DNA of 64,000 nt from Gammaproteobacteria bacterium (GCA_002684495.1 NYVG01000014.1:40326-104325); one strand, 5' to 3'; shown: positions 10,104 to 20,724, counted from the stretch's first letter. Notes: generated by a model from the sequence alone, not told the origin. Numbers and translations are program-made.

Positions 10104-11060
10104 TCAGTCTACATGTTGGCCAGTAAGAAACCCGTCGACTAGCCGATAGAGTTGATGGCGATTGTTTTCCAGCAGCAGTGAGTGGGTTCCCTGACCGATT
10201 ACAGACAATTGTTTAGTTGCCGCCGCGGTCAAACGCGAGAACAACTGCTGCCCCTGAGCCGGGGTGGTTTCCTGATCAAGTTCGCCAACAACAATCTGCA
10301 CCGGCACAAGAATCTGACTTGGGTCGTACCAATCTTCACCGCTCTCGCGGCAATGCACATAATCTTGCATCACACCGGTGGGCGCGCGCAGCAACCCCGT
10401 CTGCGCAGCTGTTGGATCGCAGGAAACGGTATGCTGACACCAACTTCTACGAGCGTTTTCACTAACGATGCGCTCGATTTCATGCTGCTGCAGTCCAGTA
10501 GACCAACGCCGCATCATCGACTCGGCATCAACCGTGCGATACGCACCAAGCTTTTCCTGCGGCGCTCCAGTAGGCGCCAAGCCCTCTATCCACAACGCGC
10601 CACTTAGCACCAGATTGGCAACTTTATCCGGATGTTGAGCCGTATACCCCCCGCATATCGCCGTACCCCAGCTGTAGCCAATGAGATCAAGTGCGGCGAT
10701 CTGACGCTGCTCGAGGATAAACGCAACGGCATAATCTACTTCTTGGATCGCATGGGCAGTATCCACAATGGGCTCGTTTTCCTGTGCAGGCTTATCCATT
10801 GCAGCAGGACGGTCAGACAACCCATAGCCCAGAAGATCCAAACACCAAACGTCGAATCCCTGGGCCGCAAGATGATCCATCCACGACTGCCCAGATATTT
10901 GGTAATCGAAGGTATAGGTGGAACCATAGGTCGCGCCATGCACGAACAAAACAGTGCTGCGACACCGACCCTGCTCAGTTTCCGAAAGGTGCTTATTTCG
11001 CAACAAAACCTTGTAGCCGTCCGCAGCACTCGCTATCCGATAATCCTGCTTTATCATCAT
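10104..11060 (-). CDS. Alpha/beta hydrolase
   Basis: FVHGATY, DLLGYGLSDRP, GYSWG, GTHSLLLE; AGGGAG RBS before ATG 11060. Confidence 0.88.
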   Translation of the reverse strand: MMIKQDYRIASAADGYKVLLRNKHLSETEQGRCRSTVLFVHGATYGSTYTFDYQISGQSWMDHLAAQGFDVWCLDLLGYGLSDRPAAMDKPAQENEPIVDTAHAIQEVDYAVAFILEQRQIAALDLIGYSWGTAICGGYTAQHPDKVANLVLSGALWIEGLAPTGAPQEKLGAYRTVDAESMMRRWSTGLQQHEIERIVSENARRSWCQHTVSCDPTAAQTGLLRAPTGVMQDYVHCRESGEDWYDPSQILVPVQIVVGELDQETTPAQGQQLFSRLTAAATKQLSVIGQGTHSLLLENNRHQLYRLVDGFLTGQHVD

Positions 11061-11128
11061 GGGGCTCCCTAATCTCATCGCCCGCAAATTAGCTGCCGGT
11101 TGTCACTGCTGGCTAAATTGCGCCCTAG

Positions 11129-12145
11129 TTAGCTACCCGAAGCGCTTATCAACTGAAACAGATCCGCATAATCCGCCAGCGTATTGTTGTCATCAAGCTG
11201 CCCAGTTCGGGCGAGAATCAACTCGTCAGCCACACCTTCATATTCATGAATGCGCTGGGCACACTGCTCAACATTGCCGGTGATAGTCATAGTATCCACC
11301 ACCTCCTCAGGCACTAGGTCGATGGCCTCTGCTAATCTGCCAGCTGGAACCAGCTGAGTAGCTTGATCTGCGAACTCAGCAAAACCCAACTGCCTTAACT
11401 GGGAATCATAATAAGGGTGCGGTATGGGATGATAGAGCTTGCAAATAGCTCGTTTACTCGCCTGCCGCGCCGCGTCTGCATCTTGGTTAATGCTAATTGT
11501 AGCGGCAGTTGGAAATACCAGAGCATCTGGATCTCGGCCTGCTTGTTCCGCACCCTGCCGCGCATTCGGACGCACAATGTCACGCACGAATTCAACCGAT
11601 GACATAATACCTATCCCTACCCCATCTGCGACTTCGCCCGCGAGCTTGACCATATTTGGACCCGACGCCGCCATGAAGACCGGCGGCGTTGGCAGCGTCG
11701 GGTTCCAGGTAGCGCGCCAGCGCATGCGATGCACATCGCCCTGATAGCGCACCCGCTCGGCCGCGCGCCCCGCAACAACCTGGCGCACGATCTGCATAAA
11801 GTCGCGCATTTTCGCCTTGGCCTTGGTCGAATCAATCCCCATATAAAGATCGTTAAAATGCAGATTGCCGGTACCAACACCTAGAACGAAACGCCCACCG
11901 CTGATCTCGTTTAGATCCCTAGCCTCAAGCCCTGTCATCCAAGGCTCCCGAGCAAACGCATTGACAATATAGGTGCCCACTTTGGCTTTGTGAGTGGCGT
12001 TGATAACCGCCGCCGCAGTGATCGTGGCACTGCGTCCGGCATCCACAGTATAAAGACTATGAATTCCCGACCGCTCTGCTTCCTGAGCAATGGTCGTAAT
12101 GGTTTTAATCGAATCTTCAAAACCCAACATCATGCCAATTTTCAT
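11129..12145 (-). CDS. LLM class (luciferase-like) flavin-dependent oxidoreductase
   Basis: AERSGIHSLY, SGGRFVLGVGTG, MAASGPNMVKLAGEVADG; true start MKIGMML at 12145 after AGGAGGG RBS. Confidence 0.88.
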   Translation of the reverse strand: MKIGMMLGFEDSIKTITTIAQEAERSGIHSLYTVDAGRSATITAAAVINATHKAKVGTYIVNAFAREPWMTGLEARDLNEISGGRFVLGVGTGNLHFNDLYMGIDSTKAKAKMRDFMQIVRQVVAGRAAERVRYQGDVHRMRWRATWNPTLPTPPVFMAASGPNMVKLAGEVADGVGIGIMSSVEFVRDIVRPNARQGAEQAGRDPDALVFPTAATISINQDADAARQASKRAICKLYHPIPHPYYDSQLRQLGFAEFADQATQLVPAGRLAEAIDLVPEEVVDTMTITGNVEQCAQRIHEYEGVADELILARTGQLDDNNTLADYADLFQLISASGS

Positions 12146-12342
12146 GGGTGCCCTCCTAGAATATTTAACCTGTGCGCTGACAGTAAAAGCCAATTCATGC
12201 TCCGGTGCCACTATTAAACCTAAGGCGGTTTCACGAAAGTTTTTGCAAAACGACAAAAGATATCGGCTAGCCCGTATGTTGCCTCGAAAAGCTAAATGCG
12301 TTTGGCTAGACTCAAGCGTCAACTTAAAGACCGAGGCTTGAA

Positions 12343-13056
12343 GTGATGATGCGACTCCGCCAAATAGCACTTGTAACCCCAGAACTACGAGACGCAGAGC
12401 AGGACATCTGTGAGCAGCTCGGCTTAGAGGTGTGTTATCGAGACCCGGGGCTTTCTCATTTCGGGCTGCGCCACGGCCTATACGCGATTGGTGATCAATT
12501 GCTTGAAGTCGTCGCACCTAAACAGGCCGGTACCACCGCAGGGCGCTTTCTTGACCGCCGCGGCGGCCCGGGCGGCTACATGGTACTGCTGCAGACTGAC
12601 AACCTCGAACAACACAAAGAGCGGGTTGAAGACGCTGGCATTCGCATCGTGCACGACGGTCAGGTTAATGAACGCGGCACCTCAATACACGGCATTCATC
12701 TGCACCCGAAGGATGTCGGCGGCGCTATTTTATCCCTAGATCAAGCAAATCCGCCGGAAAGTTGGCTGTGGGCCGGACATGACTGGCAGTACCATTCCCT
12801 CGACGACATCGTGACCAAGATCGTAGCCATCGAAATACAAGCCGATAATCCTCAAACAATGGCTGAGCAGTGGGCAAAAGCCATCGGCACAACGTCAGAA
12901 GACAACGCCATCGAGCTAGACGACGCGGAGATTCGCTTTGTGCCAGCCAACGACGGCCGAGGCGACGGCCTAGCTGCCGCCGACCTAGTCGCCACTGATC
13001 GCAGCCGGGCTGGCGAAGTCCTGAGTATTTGCGACTTTGAATTTCGGCTAGTGTAG
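12343..13056 (+). CDS. VOC/glyoxalase-like protein
   Basis: MRLRQIALV, LLEVVAP, GGYMVLLQ, HLHPKDVGGAILSLD. Confidence 0.85.
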   Translation: MMMRLRQIALVTPELRDAEQDICEQLGLEVCYRDPGLSHFGLRHGLYAIGDQLLEVVAPKQAGTTAGRFLDRRGGPGGYMVLLQTDNLEQHKERVEDAGIRIVHDGQVNERGTSIHGIHLHPKDVGGAILSLDQANPPESWLWAGHDWQYHSLDDIVTKIVAIEIQADNPQTMAEQWAKAIGTTSEDNAIELDDAEIRFVPANDGRGDGLAAADLVATDRSRAGEVLSICDFEFRLV

Positions 13057-13116
13057 CCGGCCACCCATAGCCATCTTTGCTCGGCGAGGAACAAATCAAA
13101 TGATTACTGGACTCGT

Positions 13117-13914
13117 CTAAACCGTTGATTTGATGTCGAGCTTTTGCAGCGCCATGCGCACGCCGTCTACGCGCGGCTGCATGTCATCCAAGATGTGGGC
13201 TTGGGTCGGAATATAGAATAAATCCAAGTCCAACCCTTTAAGTGCAATCTCGGCACACCTTTCAGGCATGATCAGTTCTAATTCCGGCCATGCATTTGCC
13301 GGATCTTTCAAGCGACCCGAAATCAGCGGGGTATATACCGCACCCGGAATCAGCGCATGAATACTCAGTGGTCCGTTTACTTGCTCAATCGCCAACCACT
13401 CCAACGCGCCAATTAACGCGTGTTTGCTGGCGCTGTAGTAGGGAACGCGATTCCTACGAATAGCATTGGGTAAACTCAACGATGTTTCCGAAGTGGTCAC
13501 CAACAGTCGGCCCTCGGCAGCCGATTCGCTCAGTTTGTTCGCATAAGCGTTAGCAATTTTTAGGCCGGCATGAAAATTGATCTCAAAAAGTCGATGGATT
13601 GCGGCGAAATCCAGCTCGGGATCCGTGACTTTTGCCCTATGACCGATACCGGCATTCGAACACACAAGCGCAAGAGGCCCGCGGGATGCAAACGCCTGCG
13701 CAATGAGCGCAGAAGCCGCATCGGCTTCTGCCAGATCGCAGACTATTTTTTCACCCTGACCACCTAACATGTTGAGCGTTTGGTCCAGTCCCCCTTCATC
13801 AATATCAGCGCAAATCACATAGGCGCCTCGGTCTGCGAGCGCAGCAGACAACGCGGCACCAATACCGGAGGCAGCGCCAGTTACTAAAACCGACTGGCCG
13901 CAATAATCAATCAA
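13117..13914 (-). CDS. SDR family oxidoreductase
   Basis: TGAASGIG, SNAG, YSASK. Confidence 0.9.
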   Translation of the reverse strand: MIDYCGQSVLVTGAASGIGAALSAALADRGAYVICADIDEGGLDQTLNMLGGQGEKIVCDLAEADAASALIAQAFASRGPLALVCSNAGIGHRAKVTDPELDFAAIHRLFEINFHAGLKIANAYANKLSESAAEGRLLVTTSETSLSLPNAIRRNRVPYYSASKHALIGALEWLAIEQVNGPLSIHALIPGAVYTPLISGRLKDPANAWPELELIMPERCAEIALKGLDLDLFYIPTQAHILDDMQPRVDGVRMALQKLDIKSTV

Positions 13915-14076
13915 AATAGTTCCCCTCGATAGGTTATTAGGTCTCAGAGCCTTATCTCAAACACCATATACCGTAGCATTATGCTTTTTTAGTCTTCTCT
14001 CACGGTTTGTCCGCTCGAGAATAAAGTCCCTAGTTTTAAAGAAACCGAGCACAGCCAGTGATAGCCGCGGTGTGCG

Positions 14077-14916
14077 CTAACGCGGCACTTTGCGCATCAG
14101 CAAAAATACCAGCGGCAGCGTCACTGGAATCAGCAACAACATGGCGACGACGCCGAGATAAAAAATGCCACGCTGCAGCGCGCTCGCAGGTAACGGCGGC
14201 GGCTTAGTGGGCTCAAAATAACTACCAGAATAAAGATGTGGGTAGTCCGCGAATCGTTCATGCATATGGGCCAGCCAACGTCGCAGGCCATGCAATCGTT
14301 CGTCACTGCGAAGAGGCTCAAGTGGCGGCACCGGAATACTGGAATGGCATTGCACCACGCCGAATAACAACAGGTCGCGTATTCCAGGAGCCTGCCCATC
14401 TATGAAAGTTCCAGTAGAGGCCTCCAGCGCCCTTTCCCAGTATAGGTACTGCTCACCAAAATCATCAGGTTCTTGGGGCTGCATCCGCAACTTAAAGAAA
14501 TTAATCAGTGTAAACATGTATAGGGGAATAAAGCTGCGCAAAAAATTACGCATAGAGCGGGTTCGTAACGAGGTCGATCTGTCGCCCGCCCGTGCAAATG
14601 CTGCAAAAAACCGCAGCGGATTGTCCGCACGATGCCACACTCCTCTCCAGGCCGCTCGAACAGCCTGTAGGTCTTCGACGGATATAGGCTCCAGCCCAAG
14701 CTTTACCATAATCTGCGACGATTCGGTCTCCCAGGGTTCGCCGTCAATGGAGACTGCAGGCATTAGTACACCGGTTTTCTTCATGGCTTCAATCGGTGGC
14801 ACCTGACGCAGACTATGCTGTATGCCTTTTTCATGCAGCGCCAGTAACACCCCCTGCACCCAGGGCGAGTGGTTGCCGCCATATACTTCAACGTTCAGCG
14901 TCTCATTTTGACCCAT
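14077..14916 (-). CDS. Glutathione S-transferase-like protein with C-terminal membrane anchor
   Basis: SPWVQGVLLALHEKGI, MPAV, ESSQIM, DLLLFG; hydrophobic C-terminus. Confidence 0.7.
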   Translation of the reverse strand: MGQNETLNVEVYGGNHSPWVQGVLLALHEKGIQHSLRQVPPIEAMKKTGVLMPAVSIDGEPWETESSQIMVKLGLEPISVEDLQAVRAAWRGVWHRADNPLRFFAAFARAGDRSTSLRTRSMRNFLRSFIPLYMFTLINFFKLRMQPQEPDDFGEQYLYWERALEASTGTFIDGQAPGIRDLLLFGVVQCHSSIPVPPLEPLRSDERLHGLRRWLAHMHERFADYPHLYSGSYFEPTKPPPLPASALQRGIFYLGVVAMLLLIPVTLPLVFLLMRKVPR

Positions 14917-15186
14917 GAGCGATGCCTAGTTAGGTTGTCGCTATAAAGTTTAGCAGGCGCTTGGCCATCTCGCGCCCCTGGCTCCCCTGAACGAAATGGC
15001 CGGCTGGAAGTCGCTAACCATTTGGCCCTGAGGAGCTTTTCAATCATCCTCAGAGATAAAAATAGCCACCTTAGCGATACTGCATTCGGAGAATATAACG
15101 TTCACGTAACCATCCATACGCTTTAATGTAGCCTCCGGTAGGGTAGGAAAATGTACTAGGCGGAAGCCAGTTTAGAGGGACAGATC

Positions 15187-16026
15187 TTGCAATCTTCACG
15201 TATTACCGCGCGCGGCTTTGAGTTCGAGGCGCTAACCGATGGACCAGAAAACGGCGACCTTGTGATTTTACTGCATGGCCTGCCCCGTAATTGTTGGGAA
15301 TGGCACCACCAGATACCCGCCATCGCAGCACTCGGCTTTCGCGTTGTAGCGCCCGATCTGCGCGGCTTTTGCGCCGGCGCAAGACCCAATGCGGTAGCGG
15401 ATTATCATGTGCAAGAATACGTCGACGATGTGCTGGAAATCGCCGATACCCTTGGCGGCGAAGGTGTCCGCTTTCACCTTATGGCGACCAGTATTGGCGC
15501 CACAATCGCCTGGCGGCTAGCAGCATTTAATCCTGATCGGGTTTTAACACTGGCGTGTTTGAATATTCCACACCAAGGCGCATTCTTCGAGGCTGCACAG
15601 GCGTCTAAAGCCAATGCCAACGATCAGCGCGAGCGCTTCAGCTACTTCGATGATTCCAGCAAGACCGGTAACGAACGCGTTATGTTCCATCGTATGCTAG
15701 AGAAACAGGGGCTACCGCTGGAAGAGACGGAACCCTATCGAAAGGCGCTTGATAGCGAAGAAGCACTAGAGGCGGTGTATAACTACTATCGGGCGATTCC
15801 CCTCTGGCAGCGCGATCGATTACCTAAGTGTTCCATGCCAACTCTATATGTCTGGCCACCCGAATCAGCAAACATTGCACCCATGGCTGCCAAATTAAAT
15901 GCGAATCAAGTCACTGGCCCCTATACGTTTGAGACCCTAGAAAACGTGCATCAGCCGATCCTGCAGGCCGCGCCAGAGAAACTAACTGAACTGCTTGTTG
16001 GGCATTTACGGCGCCATGCGCTGTGA
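15187..16026 (+). CDS. Alpha/beta hydrolase, epoxide hydrolase-like scaffold
   Basis: LLHGLP, APDLRGF, NYYRA; elbow reads ATSIG; TTG start with GAGGGA RBS. Confidence 0.85.
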   Translation: MQSSRITARGFEFEALTDGPENGDLVILLHGLPRNCWEWHHQIPAIAALGFRVVAPDLRGFCAGARPNAVADYHVQEYVDDVLEIADTLGGEGVRFHLMATSIGATIAWRLAAFNPDRVLTLACLNIPHQGAFFEAAQASKANANDQRERFSYFDDSSKTGNERVMFHRMLEKQGLPLEETEPYRKALDSEEALEAVYNYYRAIPLWQRDRLPKCSMPTLYVWPPESANIAPMAAKLNANQVTGPYTFETLENVHQPILQAAPEKLTELLVGHLRRHAL

Positions 16027-16066
16027 ATCAGATATTCAAAACAGCCACCGAAGTGACAAAATATTT

Positions 16067-17959
16067 TTAGGCGGTCTGTTCTGCTACGGCGCGCCAAGCG
16101 GCATCAAAAGCGGCATCCATTAGCGGCATCGCTTCCGAGTCAGAATTCGCGATGGATATTCTGCCGAACTGGGCTCGACCAATCTCGTGGGGTGCCTTGC
16201 CCTCCTCCCACTCAGGATCATCTAGCCCCAAATAGCTGTAGGCATAACCATGGGGAATACGATTAACGGTGATCGCTTGAATATCGGTCTCGTGATCAAA
16301 CCCATATTGGCCAAGCAGACTTTGCAGTTGTTGACGTATTTGCGCCTCGTATTGCGCAAACGTGGTGGAATAGATTTTATACCGCCCTGCTCGGCACAAT
16401 TCCCGTGCAGAACTCCCTTCAACCGCAGGTGTCGGAGATCCCATCATAAACACCGCCATTGGATCTTCCGGACCGCGCGGCGGTTCATAACCTCCATTAG
16501 ACATCGTGGGCGCACTGCTCACCCACTGAAAAGCATCATGGGGACAATGGGTAAACGTAAGGTTAAGCTTAGAAAAAGCCAGCCCGTTGTTGAGTAAAAC
16601 GTTGGCGTATACGAAGGGCGAACGAACGCCATAGCTCAATCCGGCCTTTTGCCGCTCGCTCATTTCCGGGCATAGATGGGGGATCAAATTGTTGTAGCAA
16701 GCGAGTACACAATGGCTGGCGGTAACACTTAGCGAATTGCCTCCGCGCACATACTCAACAACCACGCCGTCATCAGCAGTTTCCCTGACACCCACTACGG
16801 TGCTATTGAGCCGAAGCCTTACCGACTGGTTCTCGCGATCCAGTGCTCCATAGTTAAACTGCGCAACCGCAACGTCAGTGATGCCTTGCATATTTGGCGC
16901 AACGCCTGGGATTAGTTTTTGCACAATAAGCCGCGCCACAGAGGCATTGCCGTCAGGGAACATCCTGATCTCAGCAACACCGCCAATCATCATTGCCGCA
17001 AGTGAATCGACAAAATTAGTCACCCAGCCCATCGCTCGCAAACCCGGGGCACCAGCAGAAATGGCTTCGAGCACCGTATGCTGCCACCCTGAGACACCGT
17101 TCAGCACCAGCAAATGCCCGTCGAACATGGCAATGCTCTGTTGTGACAACCCTACTTTATCCATTAAGAAACGGTTGTAGCTCACCGACCTGATGTAATC
17201 GAACTGTTCACCCAAGGACAGGTCATTGAGAAAATCTTCGGCACCGCCGAAAAACGCAATCAGCCGATCTTGCTCATCCGCAGATATCGGCAGTTGGCGC
17301 ACAGCCATCGCATAGTCCCCGCGCCCGTGCATAAATTTGTACCAATGACCCTCAACGTTGACATGCTTACCATCTGCACCGGGCGTCGAAATGCCGACAT
17401 TTGCATTCAGCTTGCCACCAAGCAAGAAATCATCCGGCGTATTGGTATCCATAGCAGCAATTGCATCCGCATCGATCCCCAACTCAATCATCAGCGCGCC
17501 TGCGTGGTCGCTGTAGTTACCCGGGTTATCAAGGTTCTGGGCGCCGCCTAAGCTCAACACCATACGGCCTTGGTGATGGAACTCATTGCGTTTGGCATGG
17601 CCACCAAAATCATCGTGGTTGTCGAGGATTAGAATTCGCGCATCCAGCCCCATCTTCTGGCGATAATAGTAGGCCGCCGCAAGACCACTCATCCCAGCAC
17701 CCACAACCACCAAATCATAATGTTCGTCCAGCCCGTCATAGCGCGCGGGTTTCTTGCCCTCCCACGCGAGGGCATGGGCAACTTCAAACGAGCCCTTGTG
17801 GCTACCCCGCATGCCTGTAAGCGTCGGCGGGTAAGCTGTGTTAATGGCCCCAGACTCCAAGGACTCAAGCGCCCACAAATTACTCGGTGCCATCACGCCA
17901 ACACCGGTGGTCAGTGCCGCACCATTCAAAAAATCACGACGAGTTATTTTTTGGCTCAT
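16067..17959 (-). CDS. Tat-exported FAD-dependent oxidoreductase, spermidine dehydrogenase (SpdH)-like
   Basis: TRRDFLNG Tat motif; YPPTLTGMRGSH; VVGAGMSG; DNHDDFGGHAKRNEF; FPDGNA; VNRIPHGYAY; ISIANSD. Confidence 0.85.
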   Translation of the reverse strand: MSQKITRRDFLNGAALTTGVGVMAPSNLWALESLESGAINTAYPPTLTGMRGSHKGSFEVAHALAWEGKKPARYDGLDEHYDLVVVGAGMSGLAAAYYYRQKMGLDARILILDNHDDFGGHAKRNEFHHQGRMVLSLGGAQNLDNPGNYSDHAGALMIELGIDADAIAAMDTNTPDDFLLGGKLNANVGISTPGADGKHVNVEGHWYKFMHGRGDYAMAVRQLPISADEQDRLIAFFGGAEDFLNDLSLGEQFDYIRSVSYNRFLMDKVGLSQQSIAMFDGHLLVLNGVSGWQHTVLEAISAGAPGLRAMGWVTNFVDSLAAMMIGGVAEIRMFPDGNASVARLIVQKLIPGVAPNMQGITDVAVAQFNYGALDRENQSVRLRLNSTVVGVRETADDGVVVEYVRGGNSLSVTASHCVLACYNNLIPHLCPEMSERQKAGLSYGVRSPFVYANVLLNNGLAFSKLNLTFTHCPHDAFQWVSSAPTMSNGGYEPPRGPEDPMAVFMMGSPTPAVEGSSARELCRAGRYKIYSTTFAQYEAQIRQQLQSLLGQYGFDHETDIQAITVNRIPHGYAYSYLGLDDPEWEEGKAPHEIGRAQFGRISIANSDSEAMPLMDAAFDAAWRAVAEQTA

Positions 17960-18138
17960 TCAATCACCTCACACAAGCAATCAGCCGAATTTTTTGACAG
18001 TCCGCCGACCAAGCCTAATTGCGTCTTTCGCAACGATGACCCGAGAGCTATCATCGATGGCTTGCAAAAGAACAACTAAGCAACTGGCGTAAGCTAGTCC
18101 TTATAAACTTAATGCCCACTTTGGACACTTGGCCGCTC

Positions 18139-18156
18139 ACATGTCAGTTGACATGT
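18139..18156. promoter_or_regulatory. Palindromic operator, probable TetR site
   Basis: ACATGTCA-GT-TGACATGT, perfect 8 bp arms, between the divergent SpdH-like and TetR genes. Confidence 0.7.
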
Positions 18157-18199
18157 TCAAAGCTGGAAACCGCTGTGTCAACTGTCTTCCTAGGTAGAA

Positions 18200-18760
18200 A
18201 TGACTGAAAGAAGAGAAGAGATTCTTAAAATCGCGGTCGACATAATCGCGAACGAGGGGTACGCGAGTTTGACCATGCGCGCATTAGCGCGCGCAAGCGG
18301 TATGAAGCTTGGCGCATTGCAATACCATTTCCGAACTTCTGAAGAGTTGCTGCGAGCATTGGTCGCTTATATTTCTGACGCTTACAACCAATCGTTTAGC
18401 AAACTACAAGACCGCGAAGAACCGCCCAGCGTTCGGGAGGTCGTGGTCTTCATTCTCGACGATACAGCGGGGGGCAACATCAGCAGTGATCATCTGTGGC
18501 CACAATTATGGGCTATGCAACAGGTGGAACCGCTGATCTCAGATCTTGTAGAAGACCTATACGCCTACTATTACTCTATCCTGACCACGGCCTTAATACG
18601 GGAGGGAAGTTCTGCGCCAAAAGCAGAGGCTCTCGCGCTGATGTCCTTGCTGGAAGGTACGACCATCTTTTTAGGTAAGGGGCGCCGCTGGGCAAATCAG
18701 ACAAAAGCTGTACGAAAGACCATTCTGGAATTCGTAGAACAAAGATATGGAAGTTCGTGA
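18200..18760 (+). CDS. TetR/AcrR family transcriptional regulator
   Basis: N-terminal HTH: EGYASLTMRALARASGMKLGALQYHF. Confidence 0.92.
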   Translation: MTERREEILKIAVDIIANEGYASLTMRALARASGMKLGALQYHFRTSEELLRALVAYISDAYNQSFSKLQDREEPPSVREVVVFILDDTAGGNISSDHLWPQLWAMQQVEPLISDLVEDLYAYYYSILTTALIREGSSAPKAEALALMSLLEGTTIFLGKGRRWANQTKAVRKTILEFVEQRYGSS

Positions 18761-18815
18761 ATAACAAAGTGTCGCGGTCGTTTAGAAAAAAACCAAGATC
18801 CAAAAGCACATTTAG

Positions 18816-19361
18816 TCAGTCGTAGCTGACCAAAGATGCGGCTTCGAATCCCAATTCGCGGATCAACTGACTGCCGCCCAATGCGGGCAGATCAATCAGC
18901 GCCAAAATCAGAATATTCTGCTTCGCAACAGCGAAGTGCTCGTTCAGCAGCTCCGCACAGGCGATCGCCGTACCCCCGGTAGCAATCAGATCGTCGATAA
19001 TAATCACCGTATCCTGATCTGTTAAGGCCGTATTCTTTTGGATCTCGAGCGCTGTGCTGCCATATTCCAAATCGAATTCACGACTGAACGCTGGATTCGG
19101 CAGCTTGCCGGGCTTCCGCGCCAACACCAACGGTAGGGCTAGGTCGCGAGCGAGCGGCCCTGCAAAAACAAAACCTCGACTTTCAATGCTGGCAATGGCG
19201 GTAGGATTAAATTTGGCACAGAGCTTGGCCATTTCATCACACGCCCGCACAAAGGCGCTCGGAGTTTCAAGTAACGTGGTGATATCGCGAAAAGTGATCC
19301 CGTCAATGGGATAGTCCTGCACCGTACCGATGTGCGGTTTTAAATCAAATGGGTCATTCAT
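18816..19361 (-). CDS. apt: Adenine phosphoribosyltransferase
   Basis: FRDITTLL, IESRGF, ARKPGKLP, LEYG, IIDDLIATGGT. Confidence 0.95.
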   Translation of the reverse strand: MNDPFDLKPHIGTVQDYPIDGITFRDITTLLETPSAFVRACDEMAKLCAKFNPTAIASIESRGFVFAGPLARDLALPLVLARKPGKLPNPAFSREFDLEYGSTALEIQKNTALTDQDTVIIIDDLIATGGTAIACAELLNEHFAVAKQNILILALIDLPALGGSQLIRELGFEAASLVSYD

Positions 19362-19412
19362 GACCAACAATCTACATCAGTTCTCGCACAAACGCGAGTT
19401 AATGTATATGGC

Positions 19413-20690
19413 TTAGGGGGTTGTTATGGCCTCAACACATCTGAGCATCGCTCTTTGGTAAGACTTACCACGCTCGTTAAACAGGTCGATTGGATTCAGC
19501 GCCGTCGGAACATAGGCAAACCCTATTCGATGCTCGGGATGCCATTGAAACACCGAGCCACCCAAACCCATCCAGCCATAAAAGCCACCGCGCCCAGCAT
19601 TGAGACCAGCCTCTAAAGGACCTTTGGCCGCGTCAGACTCACTAAAATAAGCCAATCCTCCTTGAGTAAAGCTGCCCTCCATTATCATCATGCTTCGCGC
19701 AACAGGTACCGCATGCAAAGCATGGTGACCGGTTTGACCCAATACGGTATGGCCCTGAATTTGGCCACCGTTGGCCATGGCCGCGGCGAGTTTTGCAAGT
19801 CCCCGAGCAGAGCACTTCGCCCCCGCAGAGGGTATTTGCGCAGGCAGGTAGGCGGGCGAATCAAAAATCCCAAAATTTTCTTGCTTCATCCCATCCAAAG
19901 GTATTGGCAGCTTGGCACGAGCACCGCCCGAGAACGCAGCTATCAATTTGCGCGCCCTCCTGAATAACTCCGACGGTGTTAGACCAATCTTGCGAGCCTG
20001 TGAACCCGGCGAAACACTGTCTAAAAGCTGCGCCATAAGACTACGCGGTTGCACCCGGCAGACTCTGAGCGCTTCGTCTTCCGTGACATCGAAGTATACG
20101 TCGACACCAAGCGGCTCACTGATTTGCGCGCGCAGATACTCGCCGAGGGTTTTGTTGCTGGGTTCTATGCGACGAAAAATCTCATTAACGATCCAGCCGC
20201 GCGTGATCGCATGATATTCCCGGGGAGAATCCCCCTCAGGAAACCGCAGCGGGTGCCGTTCTAAAACACTGCCCACACTATTATGTTGCAGCGCGGAGGT
20301 TTCTAGCTGGGCCGCAGACAATGTTACGTTTAACTGCGCAAGCCCTCCTTCATGCCGCATCACATCGGCTACCGTCAGCGTATCCTTACCCGCACCAACA
20401 AATTCTGGCCAATAGGCGGATACAGGCTTGGTGAAATCCAATAAACCCTGATCGGCGAGCATGGCCATCAAAATTGACTCTAGACTTTTACCGCTGCTGA
20501 ACACGTTTACTAACGTATCTGCGGAAAAATGATCGGAGCCAGAGCTGGCCCAGAGATCAACAACCCGCTCCTCACCCACATAGATACAAAGCTGCGCGTT
20601 CTGGTCTCTTGAGGCCGAGAGGGACTGTTGAAAAAGTTCACCCACGGGCTCAAATGCCGGTTTAACTTCACCACTAATATGCATGTGCAC
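19413..20690 (-). CDS. Serine hydrolase, beta-lactamase family (esterase-like)
   Basis: FSSGK (SxxK), YWPEF, EYHAITRGW, GWMGLGGS. Confidence 0.88.
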   Translation of the reverse strand: MHMHISGEVKPAFEPVGELFQQSLSASRDQNAQLCIYVGEERVVDLWASSGSDHFSADTLVNVFSSGKSLESILMAMLADQGLLDFTKPVSAYWPEFVGAGKDTLTVADVMRHEGGLAQLNVTLSAAQLETSALQHNSVGSVLERHPLRFPEGDSPREYHAITRGWIVNEIFRRIEPSNKTLGEYLRAQISEPLGVDVYFDVTEDEALRVCRVQPRSLMAQLLDSVSPGSQARKIGLTPSELFRRARKLIAAFSGGARAKLPIPLDGMKQENFGIFDSPAYLPAQIPSAGAKCSARGLAKLAAAMANGGQIQGHTVLGQTGHHALHAVPVARSMMIMEGSFTQGGLAYFSESDAAKGPLEAGLNAGRGGFYGWMGLGGSVFQWHPEHRIGFAYVPTALNPIDLFNERGKSYQRAMLRCVEAITTP

Positions 20691-20724
20691 TACTCCCCCG
20701 TATCAAAAACTGCAACGCAAGCAG

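Noticed and set aside
12146-12517. N-terminal 124 aa extension of the LLM ORF in the track
   Set aside because: Overlaps the divergent VOC gene; LLM homology and an RBS begin at 12145.
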